Under the pieces are notes generated by a model that did no database searches, was not told where the DNA came from, and was given only the letters and a program-made list of their open reading frames with translations. A stretch of DNA of 62,759 bases, filler included, from Octopus bimaculoides (taxonomy: Eukaryota): NCBI RefSeq assembly GCF_001194135.2. It is 5 parts of 5 records of this genome, joined end to end, with 100 filler letters (N's around TTAATTAATTAA, not from the genome) between each part and the next. Parts side by side here need not be neighbours in the genome. Positions count along the whole stretch, not along the records: positions 1 to 16,739 come from NC_068994.1; 4 more parts are not named here. One strand, written 5' to 3'. The stretch's first letter is position 1, and every line of letters begins with the position of its first letter. Below, one piece after another: positions 1-13,551 of the stretch. A program made the position numbers and the translations under genes.

Positions 1-297
1 TATTGAGCGAAAACACCTAAAACTCCACGAGGCTCCGGCAGGGGATGGTGGCGAACCCTGTTGTACTCTTCCACCACAACTTTCTCTCACTCTTACTTCC
101 TGTTTCTGTTGTGCCTGTAATTCAAAGGGTTGGCCTTGTCACACCCTGTGTCACGCTGAATCTCCCCGAGAACTACGTTAAGGGTACACGTGTCTGTGGA
201 GTGCTCAGTCACTTGCACGTTAATTTCACGAGCAGGCTGTTCCGTTGATCGGATCAACTGGAACCCTTGACGTCGTAAACGACGGAGTGTCGACAAA
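1..297 (+). mobile_element. SINE family A, body and 3' end (5' head lies outside the window)
   Basis: 186-293 is nearly identical to 41845-41955, which carries a tRNA-like head. Ends in the cgtcgtaaacgacg stem-loop followed by an A/AAC-rich tail. Confidence 0.75.
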
Positions 298-304
298 CAA
301 AAAA

Positions 305-420
305 TACAATAAATACCGAGCGAAGTAACTGGAGGTTGACATAATTGACTAACTCCTTCTTTATTTGAATGTGGTGCTCTAATATGACTGCAGTCTAATG
401 ACTAAAATTAGTAAAAGAAT
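305..420 (+). mobile_element. Degenerate SINE 3' tail (family B type)
   Basis: gtggtgctctaatatgactgcagtctaatgactaaaattagtaaaaga resembles the B tail gcggtgctccagcatggctgcagtcaaatgactgaaacaagtaaaaga at 22005-22050. Confidence 0.5.
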
Positions 421-980
421 TAAAGGCATAAGTATATCGTCTAGAAATAGTGGTAGAGGGATACTCTGTGTTGTTATCAATCACATTGAAAAGCGAGACC
501 CCCACCCCTGCAAACACTCCTATCCTACAAGACAAGCAATTAACAAAAACAAAACAGATTTATGTTGATGTGCTTTGTAAAAAACATAAAGTCACATTTT
601 GAGACCGCTTTGTTGTCGGAGAAGAAAAAGACAATTATATTCGCATTATATTCATGTACATGCGTTAGTGGTCAAATGTAGAGTTTCTAATAGAAGAGTC
701 GGTTCCTCTGGGCGCCTGTGATGATTGAAAAGGGATGGAAGAAGGAAATTGCAATGCATAATAAAATTAAGATGGCTTTAAGCTGTTTTGTCTTGTCTTA
801 AAAAAATAAAGAAAAAAGAAAAAAAGAAGAATTATATGGGTGTAAAATCTTTCGTGTTCTCATTAATAATGATGGAAATAGGATAAATGTTTAACTAATA
901 TATATGCATATCTCTTCAGAGAGAGATAGAGGGAGGGAGAGAGATGTATGTGTATATGTTTCTCCATTATTCTTCTTTAA

Positions 981-1038
<58 letters not shown>

Positions 1039-1130
1039 NNNNNNNNNNNNNNNNNNNNNNNNNNNNNNNNNNNNNNNNNNNNNNNNNNNNNNNNNNNNNN
1101 NATATATATATATATATATATATATATATA

Positions 1131-1260
1131 GCTGACAGAATCGTCAACACGTCGGACAAAGTGTTTCGATGTATTTCTTCTGGCTGTACGTTCTGACTTC
1201 AAATCCCGTGGAGTTAAGTAGTGGGAACGATGTAATAAGACATCTTACTCCCCTAGAATT
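1131..1260 (+). mobile_element. SINE family C fragment, internally deleted
   Basis: gctgacagaatcgtcaacacgtcggacaaa...tacgttctgacttcaaat matches the head of the C copy at 18257. Confidence 0.6.
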
Positions 1261-1646
1261 TATCCTTTCTATTTTCGATTGTGTCGTCAGCCTTCACTTT
1301 CTCAGTTTGAAAAAAGACCAAGCGTACGAAACGTTGTATTTTTTTTTCTCGTCACAGCAAATAGAGCAGAAATAATATATTTTTTTTTATTGCAAACTGA
1401 CAGTTGGATGTCTTAGTGAATTGAAATGTTTTTTTTTTGATCATGCATCAAGTTATCTGATTGCTTATCATCACTATCACACAGTGTCAACATTTCATCA
1501 TATGTGCGACGTTCCACCTGTGACCGTCTCGCTTACTTTCCCGCATGCATAATACATCAGCCAAGGACTGCATTAACCGATGCTTTGAGATCAGTGCACA
1601 TTATGGCCTTCCCTTTGCAAGATACATGACACTGCTTTATTACAGT

Positions 1647-1677
<31 letters not shown>

Positions 1678-1962
1678 TTTAATAGTTGTGGTTGTTCAAT
1701 AGTAATCTTGGTGATAGTGTTGCCAGTGGTATTGTCAGCAATGACGTTGAACATGTTGGCAGTGGTGTTTGTTGGTTATTGTGCGGTGGTGATGATGGTG
1801 TCGTTGGCATTGTTGTTAGCAGTGGTCTTGGTGGTAGTGGTAGTGGTATAGCCGGTGGTGCTGGCTGTTATGATTGATGGTGGCCGACTGTTGGCTTTGA
1901 TTGATTGATTGATTGATTGGTCGATCGATCGACCGATCGAGAGAACAGCCAATACATGAGGA

Positions 1963-2020
<58 letters not shown>

Positions 2021-2946
2021 NNNNNNNNNNNNNNNNNNNNNNNNNNNNNNNNNNNNNNNNNNNNNNNNNNNNNNNNNNNNNNNNNNNNNNNNNNNNNNNN
2101 NNNNNNNNNNNNNNNNNNNNNNNNNNNNNNNNNNNNNNNNNNNNNNNNNNNNNNNNNNNNNNNNNNNNNNNNNNNNNNNNNNNNNNNNNNNNNNNNNNNN
2201 NNNNNNNNNNNNNNNNNNNNNNNNNNNCCTACAAACCTCACATATCCAACGCCGACCCCCCCCACTCAGAATCAGTAACTCTTTGACTCATTAACTCTCT
2301 CTGTCTCTCAATCAGTAACCCACTCACACACTCATATATCCACGCACGCACGCACACACACACACACAAACTTACATCCGCAATCACTCTCTCTCTCACT
2401 CACTCACTCACTCACTCACTCACTCACTCACTCTTGTACTCACTCACCTCCTAACTCACATACACTCCCTCCCCATCTCTCTTCACTCACTCCTCCTCTT
2501 CCTCCCTCCCTCATTCACATACTCTCTCACACACACACACACATTCGGAGACTCACAGATAGTCGCATACACTTACACACTCTCTCACAATGCATTCACG
2601 CACTCAAGCAATCACTCTAACTCGCACTCACACGTTCGTCATTGCCGTCAGTAACAATCAACCAACTCGGGTCTCCACCACTCATACCACACCTCACACT
2701 TCCTGAGACACTCTTCTTTCGCATCCACTACACACTCTTCCCCCCACCCGACCCTCCATCACACATAGTAACACCTCCTCACCTTCATCACTTCCACTTC
2801 ATCGCCATCTCTGATATCGAACCTGGACACCCAACGCTCGCCATAATAATAAAGTTTCCGGTGCGTGTTCGAATGAAATTGAAAGCAAATACACACATAC
2901 ATGTGCCGAGTGCTTGAGCATGTATGTATGTATGTATGTGTATGAA

Positions 2947-3012
<66 letters not shown>

Positions 3013-4025
3013 NNNNNNNNNNNNNNNNNNNNNNNNNNNNNNNNNNNNNNNNNNNNNNNNNNNNNNNNNNNNNNNNNNNNNNNNNNNNNNNNNNNNNNNN
3101 NNNNNNNNNNNNNNNNNNNNNNNNNNNNNNNNNNNNNNNNNNNNNNNNNNNNNNNNNNNNNNNNNNNNNNNNNNNNNNNNNNNNNNNNNNNNNNNNNNNN
3201 NNNNNNNNNNNNNNNNNNNNNNNNNNNNNNNNNNNNNNNNNNNNNNNNNNNNNNNNNNNNNNNNNNNNNNNNNNNNNNNNNNNNNNNNNNNNNNNNNNNN
3301 NNNNNNNNNNNNNNNNNNNNNNNNNNNNNNNNNNNNNNNNNNNNNNNNNNNNNNNNNNNNNNNNNNNNNNNNNNNNNNNNNNNNNNNNNNNNNNNNNNNN
3401 NNNNNNNNNNNNNNNNNNNNNNNNNNNNNNNNNNNNNNNNNNNNNNNNNNNNNNNNNNNNNNNNNNNNNNNNNNNNNNNNNNNNNNNNNNNNNNNNNNNN
3501 NNNNNNNNNNNNNNNNNNNNNNNNNNNNNNNNNNNNNNNNNNNNNNNNNNNNNNNNNNNNNNNNNNNNNNNNNNNNNNNNNNNNNNNNNNNNNNNNNNNN
3601 NNNNNNNNNNNNNNNNNNNNNNNNNNNNNNNNNNNNNNNNNNNNNNNNNNNNNNNNNNNNNNNNNNNNNNNNNNNNNNNNNNNNNNNNNNNNNNNNNNNN
3701 NNNNNNNNNNNNNNNNNNNNNNNNNNNNNNNNNNNNNNNNNNNNNNNNNNNNNNNNNNNTCTAGCAACAGTGGTGACCTCCATTAATATATATATATATA
3801 TATATATATATAGTCAATCCAAACATGAACAAACAAGAAAAAAACAACTACGCGAGTACGTGGAATAAGTACAGCGTAATTGCTCGCTCAGGAAAGGAAA
3901 GAAAAGAAAGAGGATTTCACGTTTCGAGCGGAGCTCTTCATCAAAAATATAGAAAAAGTCCAAAGAAAGGAAGACGGAGAAAGAAAATCGCCAACGATAC
4001 ACGCGCGGTCACATATATATATATT

Positions 4026-4116
4026 CGACGGAATTTGAACTCAGAACATAAAGACGGACGAAATGTCGCTAAGCGTTTTACTCGGCGCGCTAAATATTCT
4101 ACCAGCTCGTCGCCTT
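4026..4116 (-). mobile_element. SINE family C, 5' head only
   Basis: ggaatttgaactcagaacataaagacggacgaaatgtcgctaagc...ccagctcgtcgcc is the reverse complement of the C head with A/B-box-like motifs. Confidence 0.75.
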
Positions 4117-4162
4117 AATAGCACCAACAACAACAACATTAATTACAAATGCAATAACAATA

Positions 4163-4290
4163 ATTTCTAATATAGGCACAAGATGTGGGATTTGAGAGGC
4201 GAGACTTTGTCGATTAAACCAACGCCATTGTTTGTATTTTATCGACGCAGTAAAGATGGCAGACATAGCTAACCACAGCGGGATTTAAAT
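4163..4290 (-). mobile_element. SINE family C, degenerate 3' part
   Basis: taggcacaag...gtcgattaaa...ttttatcgac matches the reverse-strand C tail. Confidence 0.45.
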
Positions 4291-5744
4291 CACCACAATC
4301 TTCAAGCTCATCACTGAATTTAAAATACATTTCCGAAAATATTTCTGTGAAGTTAGAACTCAGATATACAAGCATATCTCTGCACTTTTCTAGATTGCCA
4401 CTGCATTTACCAACATTTCCGATGAAGCCTTGCTAATTGTTTCCTCTACAGACCCCATACATTATTCTCATTCAAATTACTTTGGAGATATTTACTGATG
4501 TTTGGTTGTATATGAAGTATGGCTGTAGGTCTATGAAAGAAAATTAACACTTTCAAAACTGACATTTACTACCGGCCTCGACTTTATTAGATTCTACGTA
4601 AAATTTCTTTACGTAGTTGACCATGCGTTGTAATACACTTTGTCAGCGATGCTGCTGGTCTTTGTGGTTATTAACAGCCAGTGTGAACTGGCCCTATTGT
4701 TTGCAGCGATTCTCTTACATATTCGATTTCTCTTCGTTGAAATATTCTACCATGTATCATGTATATGATTTTTTCACGTGTTGTTATTGTCGACTATCGG
4801 AACGCTATCCAACAAATATAATTGAAGATGGCCGTGGAAGTTTAAGTTCAATATGATTTATTATCACGACTCTCTTTATTCAGTTCCACGTCTTGTGACA
4901 CTTCATTCTCTCATTACACAACCCTTTTCTTTCGACGGAGCCCTTTTCTTTTGTCGTTGTTTAAGATAGATATTTCTACAGCTATGAAAACCGTTCTCGT
5001 TATGAATTGATCTTCAATAGAATTATCACCGATCCACGATGGAACGAAAAGATATTGAACGAATATAGATAAGGATTATTTCGTTTGGAATGGAAGATCT
5101 CTTCGGTATATATGCTTCTGAAGATACATGCATTATAATACAACGAGAAGAATCGTTTTCTAACCATGTTATTATTTGACATATTTCAATATCTTTTAGC
5201 CATCCCATATGTCATCTCAGTAATAATCGATTCTGATGGTGGACTTTATTCTTTTATTAATCCTTTAAGCACATATTATTACTGATATTTCCTTTAATAC
5301 TGCCGGAAGATATTAAGGACAAACTCAGGTTAGTTGGCAAGCGAACTCTGAAGGTAAGGAGACGTCAACAAATACTGTACAAGATTTAGTAAGGCGCTCT
5401 ACTATTTCTGCCAACTCAACGCTTAACAATTATTGTCATATTTGAATTAATTACGATCTTCATTACGATCTTAATTACGATTTTCCTTCCCGGTCCACAG
5501 GAGTAGCAGTAGCAACAGCTGCAGTAATGGCAACGGAAATGACAACGACAACGACGACAGCAAGAAGAAGAATCAAAGCCACAGCAACGTCTACGACCCA
5601 ACGACGAAACATCTACGTGTTGGATCGATCAGTTTAGAAAGAACAGCCAAATTTCCCCCAAGCATAGCTTTGTTACGCTACTCATGAAACGGAAAAAAAG
5701 GGGTGAACTCAAGCATGGCTGATTGGGAGACTAAACAACAGCAG

Positions 5745-6047
5745 CAACTACTACTACTACTACTACTACTACTATTATCACCACCACCACCACCACTACC
5801 TAAACCACCACAACCACTACTACCACTATTACTACTACAATTACTACTACTACTACCACTACCACTACTACCACCACCACTACTACCTAAACCACCACAA
5901 CCACCACCACCACTACTACCTAAACCACTACTGCTACTACTACTACCACCACCACCATCACCACCACCACCACTACTACTACTACTATCACCATCACCAC
6001 CATCACTACTACTGTTACTACTACTACTACCACTACTACTCTCTACA
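5745..6047. repeat. Compound (CTA/CCA)n triplet tract with an internal higher-order repeat
   Basis: Direct reading. The motif ctacctaaaccac recurs three times. Confidence 0.9.
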
Positions 6048-6944
6048 GACACCATGCCGTGATTAAACCACCCCCAAAAGCATACAATTATAAGAAGAGA
6101 AAATAAACAGTAAAAGACTGAAAATTAAGAACACANNNNNNNNNNNNNNNNNNNNNNNNNNNNNNNNNNNNNNNNNNNCACACGCACACGCACACGCACA
6201 AACCAACACTAAATTCAACAAACAGAAGCATAAACAAAGGAGACGAACGAAATTCGATCTGTTGTAGACATAATTATATAGGAACTTTCCAAGAATTCTT
6301 TTTTCTGTGTTTTATTTCAAACAAATCTTTTTTTTTTTGGCCTTTGAAATTTAGACATAAAAACAGCAATAATAGAAAAAAAAAAAAACGTAAAACATAT
6401 AATAATAATAATAGTTAAAAATAAAGTGTAAAATAAATAAAAAAAACATAATAGTAAAAGTGAAATTTAAAATTAAAAAAAGATAATGATGATAAAAATA
6501 AAATGTAGAATGTAAAAAGTAATGATAATAACAAATCTTTCTTTATTTGCCGCAAAGGCCGCACACAAAACTGAAGGTCGATACAAAACAAGGGACAGTA
6601 GAGATTTACGTAAAATACGAGTAAACAACGAGAGTAATAACAACTAACAGCAAAATTTAGCAATAAAATTCCCTCCCAGGGTCTACTAAAACCTACATAG
6701 ATCTTGAGTCACCCGGCTCACTACGATAAGCGCTTCTCTGCTTCGTAAATTTTAGTCTACGAGATTATGCTTAGAGTAGGTTCATTTAGTCAGGCATTTT
6801 CGCTACATTCACCCACCTTCCTCTCTATCTTCGTTTTCTTTTCCAAGTGGAACCTGAAAAACTTGATGAAGGCTTGACCGAAGACGAAATTGCCTGTTTT
6901 CTGCAGCCCTATCAGTTGAGTCAACCATTATATCTTTCGCCATA

Positions 6945-7042
6945 GCCACCTCGGCGGAATTTGAACTCAGAACGTAAAGTACTGGAAGAAATATTGTTAA
7001 GCATTTCACCCGGCGCGCTACCGATTCTTCCTCGCCACCTTT
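6945..7042 (-). mobile_element. SINE family C, head fragment
   Basis: cctcggcggaatttgaactcagaacgtaaag...aagcatttcacccggcgcgcta. Confidence 0.75.
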
Positions 7043-7058
7043 AATAAATCAAAAATGT

Positions 7059-7272
7059 TGGTTTCAAATTTTGGCACAAGGCTAGTAATTTCTAGGGAAG
7101 GGGTAAGTACATTACATCGACCCCAGTGTTCACCTGGTACTTATTTTATTGACTCCGCAAAGGATGAAAGGCAAAGTCAACCTCAGCGGAATTTGAACAC
7201 AGAATGTAAAAGACAGACGAAATGATGCTAAGCATTTCGCCCGACGCGCAAACAATTCTGCCCCGCTGTCTT
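7059..7272 (-). mobile_element. SINE family C, near full length
   Basis: Runs from the tail tggtttcaaattttggcacaaggc through acatcgaccccagtg and ggatgaaaggcaaagtcaacctc to the head. Confidence 0.85.
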
Positions 7273-7643
7273 TTAATAAACCAACCGTTTTAGTAATAAA
7301 AAATTCAATGTAAAATTAGAAAGCAATAAAAGTTAAAATATAAAATGCAGTAATAATAATTGTAACAATTAAAATATAATAAATAATTGTACTAAAAATA
7401 TGTTTAAAAATAATAATACTAATAGTAAATGTTAAAATTTTAAAATGTTAAGAATAGTGAAAACAGAAGTAAAATAAAGTGAAAAATTTAACAACGAAGA
7501 GAACAGAAAAAAAGTAAATAATAGTTAAAAAAAAGATATAAAAGATAATAAGTGAAAATAAAAATAAACAAAGGAAAATATAGAAATACAAGACAAAATG
7601 CTGTTGTTATTATTGGTTTATTTCTTGAACGATGTTGTTGTTG

Positions 7644-7706
<63 letters not shown>

Positions 7707-8190
7707 AACAGAGAAGTAATGATTAATGATGGAAGATGTGTGCGGTATAATGAGGATTAAATATAGAGATAAATATAGCTTGTTAATGAATGAAAACGCG
7801 AAGAGAACCAAGCAACCAAACAAAAGAAGAGCAAAGATTTCGGGTGCCACAGGACGATTAGAACCGCTAGGTTTATTATATTACCTGAACTACTTCGACT
7901 CAGGTTCAACCCCCTTGCACAGTATATTAAGCACCTCCCATCCAGTTGTTTTTTTTTGCTGATGCAATATATATATATATATAAGAAGAGTGTATAACTA
8001 TGAATAAATCACAATTATAACAGAGAGAGTTATAAAAACCCTTACATGTCTAGAAATAGCAGACGAAACCGCTATAAAGCCACTAGAACCATTCATATCT
8101 CCTCAACAATAAAACTGGCCAGTGATATGTTCGTAAATAATGTTGAATTGTTTACGATATATCCTGCGTAATGTATTTTACATTTATTCC

Positions 8191-8223
<33 letters not shown>

Positions 8224-10530
8224 NNNNNNNNNNNNNNNNNNNNNNNNNNNNNNNNNNNNNNNNNNNNNNNNNNNNNNNNNNNNNNNNNNNNNNNNNNNNN
8301 NNNNNNNNNNNNNNNNNNNNNNNNNNNNNNNNNNNNNNNNNNNNNNNNNNNNNNNNNNNNNNNNNNNNNNNNNNNNNNNNNNNNNNNNNNNNNNNNNNNN
8401 NNNNNNNNNNNNNNNNNNNNNNNNNNNNNNNNNNNNNNNNNNNNNNNNNNNNNNNNNNNNNNNNNNNNNNNNNNNNNNNNNNNNNNNNNNNNNNNNNNNN
8501 NNNNNNNNNNNNNNNNNNNNNNNNNNNNNNNNNNNNNNNNNNNNNNNNNNNNNNNNNNNNNNNNNNNNNNNNNNNNNNNNNNNNNNNNNNNNNNNNNNNN
8601 NNNNNNNNNNNNNNNNNNNNNNNNNNNNNNNNNNNNNNNNNNNNNNNNNNNNNNNNNNNNNNNNNNNNNNNNNNNNNNNNNNNNNNNNNNNNNNNNNNNN
8701 NNNNNNNNNNNNNNNNNNNNNNNNNNNNNNNNNNNNNNNNNNNNNNNNNNNNNNNNNNNNNNNNNNNNNNNNNNNNNNNNNNNNNNNNNNNNNNNNNNNN
8801 NNNNNNNNNNNNNNNNNNNNNNNNNNNNNNNNNNNNNNNNNNNNNNNNNNNNNNNNNNNNNNNNNNNNNNNNNNNNNNNNNNNNNNNNNNNNNNNNNNNN
8901 NNNNNNNNNNNNNNNNNNNNNNNNNNNNNNNNNNNNNNNNNNNNNNNNNNNNNNNNNNNNNNNNNNNNNNNNNNNNNNNNNNNNNNNNNNNNNNNNNNNN
9001 NNNNNNNNNNNNNNNNNNNNNNNNNNNNNNNNNNNNNNNNNNNNNNNNNNNNNNNNNNNNNNNNNNNNNNNNNNNNNNNNNNNNNNNNNNNNNNNNNNNN
9101 NNNNNNNNNNNNNNNNNNNNNNNNNNNNNNNNNNNNNNNNNNNNNNNNNNNNNNNNNNNNNNNNNNNNNNNNNNNNNNNNNNNNNNNNNNNNNAAAAAAG
9201 AAAGAAAAAAAAACAAAAACCATAATCGTAAAACAATAAAAGCCAAAATATGAAAAGTCGTAAAAATAGTTGAAAATAAGTAAGAAAAAGTATAATAGCA
9301 ACAAAAAATATAATCATAGTAAAAATAAGATATAAAAAATGTTCAATAATGATACTAAAAATGTATGTAACTACAAGTGTGATATAAACGAGAAATAAAA
9401 AGTTATACGCTTCTGATGTCTGTCTCTTTTTCTCTTGTTGTTCCCTCTTCTTTTTCGTTTTCTCTTCTACTGCGTCGTCTCAAAGTACTTATCTACTTCG
9501 CCTCTGTCTGTACTCAGTTGGCCACTTCCGTTCTGACCACAGATGACCATTTTACCTTTTAGCTCATCTAGGGACCAAACGTATACTTTTACTCCCTGTT
9601 ATTTGCTTAAAGATTTCGTCCAAGCGTTTATAATTTTTTTTTTTGCCTTCTCCGACGTATATGTTGTGCCCCTGCTTTGTCTCGTTTTAGTTTCAATGGG
9701 CCACTGGCATTTATGAAACATTATAAAAAAACATTAGGTAACTTCAGTTGAGAAGGCCAGTTTTGTATCATTTTACAGGTTCGACATCGCGCTCAAAAGA
9801 AATTATTTCAAATTTTAAGAATTTTTTTGCTATCTCCTTTTAAGAATTTTTTGCTATCTTCTTTTCGTATTTTGACTTGTAAACATTTTTGCTTCAATGT
9901 TCAATTCTTCTTTGAATAAATTTTATATAAACTTACACTTTGGTCTGTTCTGAGCACTAGGGACTCATTAAGACGGAACTTAATTCGGTTTCCATGGTAT
10001 GCAAATGACTAAGATTACAACACTTCCTTACCCGCCCACCCCGCCCCATCCCCATCGCCGAACGAGATGCCGATATATCGCAAGGTTAATTTCCCAGTTA
10101 TTGCTTGAGCTGATTTACCGCTGACTNNNNNNNNNNNNNNNNNNNNNNNNNNNNNNNNNNNNNNNNNNNNNNNNNNNNNNNNNNNNNNNNNNNNNNNNNN
10201 NNNNNNNNNNNNNNNNNNNNNNNNNNNNNNNNNNNNNNNNNNNNNNNNNNNNNNNNNNNNNNNNNNNNNNNNNNNNNNNNNNNNNNNNNNNNNNNNNNNN
10301 NNNNNNNAAAAACAAGAAATTAAAATAAAAAAATTACTTTGGAGTTAAATTTGCTATCAATTGATTAAAGTATCTTTCACGTAACGAAATTAACACAATT
10401 TTTTTTTTTCTCATAAAATAAATGTATTCTTTCTTTCCTGTGCTACGTATAATTTATAACCTCTCTTATTTTCTAACAAGTCAACGAAAGGGTTAGCAAC
10501 TTTTTACACACACACACACACACACACACA

Positions 10531-10839
10531 TTCTTTTATTTTTTTACTTGTTTCAGTCATTTGATTACGGCCATGCTGGGGCACCGTCTTGAAGAGTTTT
10601 AGTCGAACGAATCGAACCCCGAAGACTTATTTTTTTAAAGCCTAGTACTTATTCAATCGGTCTCTTTTGCATATATATACGACGGGCTTCTTCCGGTTTC
10701 CGTCTACCAAATCCATTCATAAGGCTTTGGTTGGCCCGAGGCTATTGTAGAAGATATTTGTCCAAGGTGCAACGAGATAGGACCGAATCCGAAACTACGC
10801 GTTTGGGTACCAAGCTTTTTACTACACAGCCACGCCTGC
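10531..10839 (-). mobile_element. SINE family B with an internal deletion
   Basis: Matches the reverse complement of 21614-22061 at both ends. The segment between ctcttttgc and the internal TA tract is missing. Confidence 0.85.
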
Positions 10840-11516
10840 ATTTGAATATGAACACACACACACACACATACACATGTATGATAAATGCCCGAATCACTGA
10901 AGAACGAAAGAATATCAAATGGAATTATTTGGCACGAAAAGCAATGACGTCTCTTTGAGCTATGTGATACACTTGTTACGAGATATTCTTATTATGTTTA
11001 TGTAATGATAACAGGTTTATTTTATTGTAATATAATGTGGACGCTGCGCTTTTCTCTCTCTCTTTTTTTATACATGAAGTCTTTGTCGCGTCAGACTAGT
11101 GTTATAATCAAATATGCGTCACTACCGTGTAGGTAGACGAAATGAAGAAATACCACCCACTTCAGGATGAAATACCTTCTCCTCACACGCTATAGAAATT
11201 AAATAAATGATATTTGATTATTGGCTTTCAAGAACCGGAAGTAGTCTCGAAGCGAGCGTTGGTGAATTGCGGTTTCAATAAGTACTACCATAGACTGAGA
11301 GTCTACCATAGACTGAGAAATAAGTACTATCATACATTGAGAGTTTGCTTACCGTGGTTTATGTTCCAAAACAGTGGTTCGCAATCGGGGTTCATATGGC
11401 CCTTGGGGATCCATATAAGATTTTGTTAAAATTTAAGTGCAATAAACTCGCTATACTTCTACTATACACAAAATATTTAAACATTTTAAAAATAGAATTC
11501 CTAATAAATTTAATCA

Positions 11517-11725
11517 TAACAAGAGCACTCAATGAACGCAAGCCGCCGCCAAGGCGTCCCCTCAAAAATTAGCCAGAGATGATTTTAAAAATGAGAATAT
11601 CTGAAATAAACTCGATTGCGCTCACAAATGAGAATACTAAAAATGAATCCGACCACTCTCAAAAATTATGTGAAAAAACTGGAAAAATAATCCAGAATCC
11701 TTGTCCATTACCTGATCGATCCCAA
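11517..11725 (-). mobile_element. 3' part of a Helentron-associated (DINE-1/HINE-like) non-autonomous element
   Basis: 11689-11725 matches the reverse complement of 46605-46641 at 34/37 nt. On the minus strand a subTIR-like ggcggcggct is followed by the stem-loop gcgttc-att-gagtgc and then tcttgtta. Confidence 0.55.
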
Positions 11726-11948
11726 TGGTAGTCATGGAATAATAAAAAAACAGATCCCAATGGTGGTCATGTAATGTGAAGGTTGCTGTATAAAATTTAG
11801 TAACAGGGGTGATTTAGTTGCCGACAGCCCGACCATACAACAGGTTGTACTGGGTTACATTTCCAATAGCTCTAGGAGTGGCTTGATACGTACATACATG
11901 CAGGCATGCTTACATAGTACGTACGTACATACATACATGCATACATAA

Positions 11949-12337
11949 CACCAACTCAAGGAATACAGGTGGAATATTCCCATCAAAACTTCTGTCAAAT
12001 GTAAGCATAACAGGCCGGATATTGTTGTTTGGGACAGAGGGGCAAAGGTATGTACCATCATAGAAGTCAGCTGCCCTGCAGATATAAATATCTCTTTGAG
12101 AATCAAAGAAAAAGAGGATATCTATGGACAACTGCTTCGAAACTTTCAGTTTCTATATCCAGGCTATGAATTCATATTTATACCAATAATAATTGGAGCA
12201 CTAGGTTTTGTTAGTAAATGCTTAAAGGAGAATCTGGATAAACTGGGATTTTCAGAAAGAGAAACTGACCTGCTGATTCGTACATTACAAGTGCAATCTG
12301 CTAGTGGAACAGTAAAAATATGAAAGACTTTTCTTAA
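11949..12337 (+). mobile_element. 5'-truncated R2/R4-type LINE, restriction-like endonuclease domain (pseudogenic)
   Basis: Frame reads HQLKEYRWNIPIKTSVKCKHNRPDIVVWDRGAKVCTIIEVSCPADINISLRIKEKEDIYGQLLRNFQFLYPGYEFIFIPIIIGALG...LQVQSASGTVKI*KTFL. It contains the RPD...IIEV...K (PD-(D/E)xK) core and the P(I/V)(I/V)IGALG motif. Confidence 0.9.
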
Positions 12338-13316
12338 NNNNNNNNNNNNNNNNNNNNNNNNNNNNNNNNNNNNNNNNNNNNNNNNNNNNNNNNNNNNNNN
12401 NNNNNNNNNNNNNNNNNNNNNNNNNNNNNNNNNNNNNNNNNNNNNNNNNNNNNNNNNNNNNNNNNNNNNNNNNNNNNNNNNNNNNNNNNNNNNNNNNNNN
12501 NNNNNNNNNNNNNNNNNNNNNNNNNNNNNNNNNNNNNNNNNNNNNNNNNNNNNNNNNNNNNNNNNNNNNNNNNNNNNNNNNNNNNNNNNNNNNNNNNNNN
12601 NNNNNNNNNNNNNNNNNNNNNNNNNNNNNNNNNNNNNNNNNNNNNNNNNNNNNNNNNNNNNNNNNNNNNNNNNNNNNNNNNNNNNNNNNNNNNNNNNNNN
12701 NNNNNNNNNNNNNNNNNCTATCAAGGTATTCCTAAGATCGAAACACGATACCAGTTTTGAAATGGATGGTTATTGTTGAATGCCATATCGCAATGCCTCA
12801 TACCAAGTTCATAAGAGAGAATTATATTCATAGCTTTAAGAAATTAGAGTAACATATATTTTTGAAAAAATAATTTATGTGTATTTAATCGAATTTATAA
12901 TATAGAAAACGAGGTTAACATTAATTATGTATGAGTTAATCAAATCTCTGGCGCGTGTTTTGGTTCATGTAATAAACAAATTTTGTATGAAATATTATTT
13001 AATTCATAACATTGAAAAAAAAACAAAGCCAAAATAAAAAAAACAACAAAAATGAAACAAAGACCAAAAACAAAAAATAAAAACCTACGCAAAATAAAAA
13101 CAAAACAATAACACACACACATACACACACACGCACACACAAACACACATACAGAGAAAGCTTATATTTCTAAGAAGTACGCATGTTAAGTAAAAAACTA
13201 GAGAAAAACCATTTGGGAAATTTCATCAAAAGCATATGTATATATATATGTGTGTGCGTGCGCGCGCGCGCGCGCGTATAAGCGTGCGTGTGTGTGTGTG
13301 TATGTATACATATATA

Positions 13317-13551
13317 CAGGGTGTTCAAAAAGACTCTCCGTAGTGAATTTTTTCATCCTGCCCATCACGATGGCGCTATTTCAAGAGTTTTTCAGTGAAC
13401 AGATTATTTCGAAGAGATTTTGGCCACCAAGATCACTTGATTAAGCACCGCCAGACTTTTTTTTGACTGGGGAGTAAGTAAAGGACCAGTGTAGAAGAAT
13501 CGCCCGAAAACCATCAAATACTCACTGCGGAGAGACTTTGTGAACACCCTG
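13317..13551 (+). mobile_element. Internally deleted Tc1/mariner element
   Basis: 30-bp TIRs: cagggtgttcaaaaagactctccgtagtga versus the reverse complement cagggtgttcacaaagtctctccgcagtga (27/30). TA on the left. Interior encodes SEQIISKRFWPPRSLD plus a frameshifted FF.WG and KNRPKTI, i.e. the WPxxSPDL...WG region. Confidence 0.85.

Noticed and set aside
4620-5330. Possible LINE apurinic-endonuclease remnant on the minus strand (DIEICQIITWL, IFRS)
   Set aside because: The motif resemblance is too weak and fragmented to support without an HMM search.
11279-11345. Short repeats with spacers, superficially CRISPR-like (also 5444-5480, 11718-11771, 20836-20885)
   Set aside because: Only 2-3 units, no regular unique spacers and no cas genes in eukaryotic DNA. 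These are slippage duplications.
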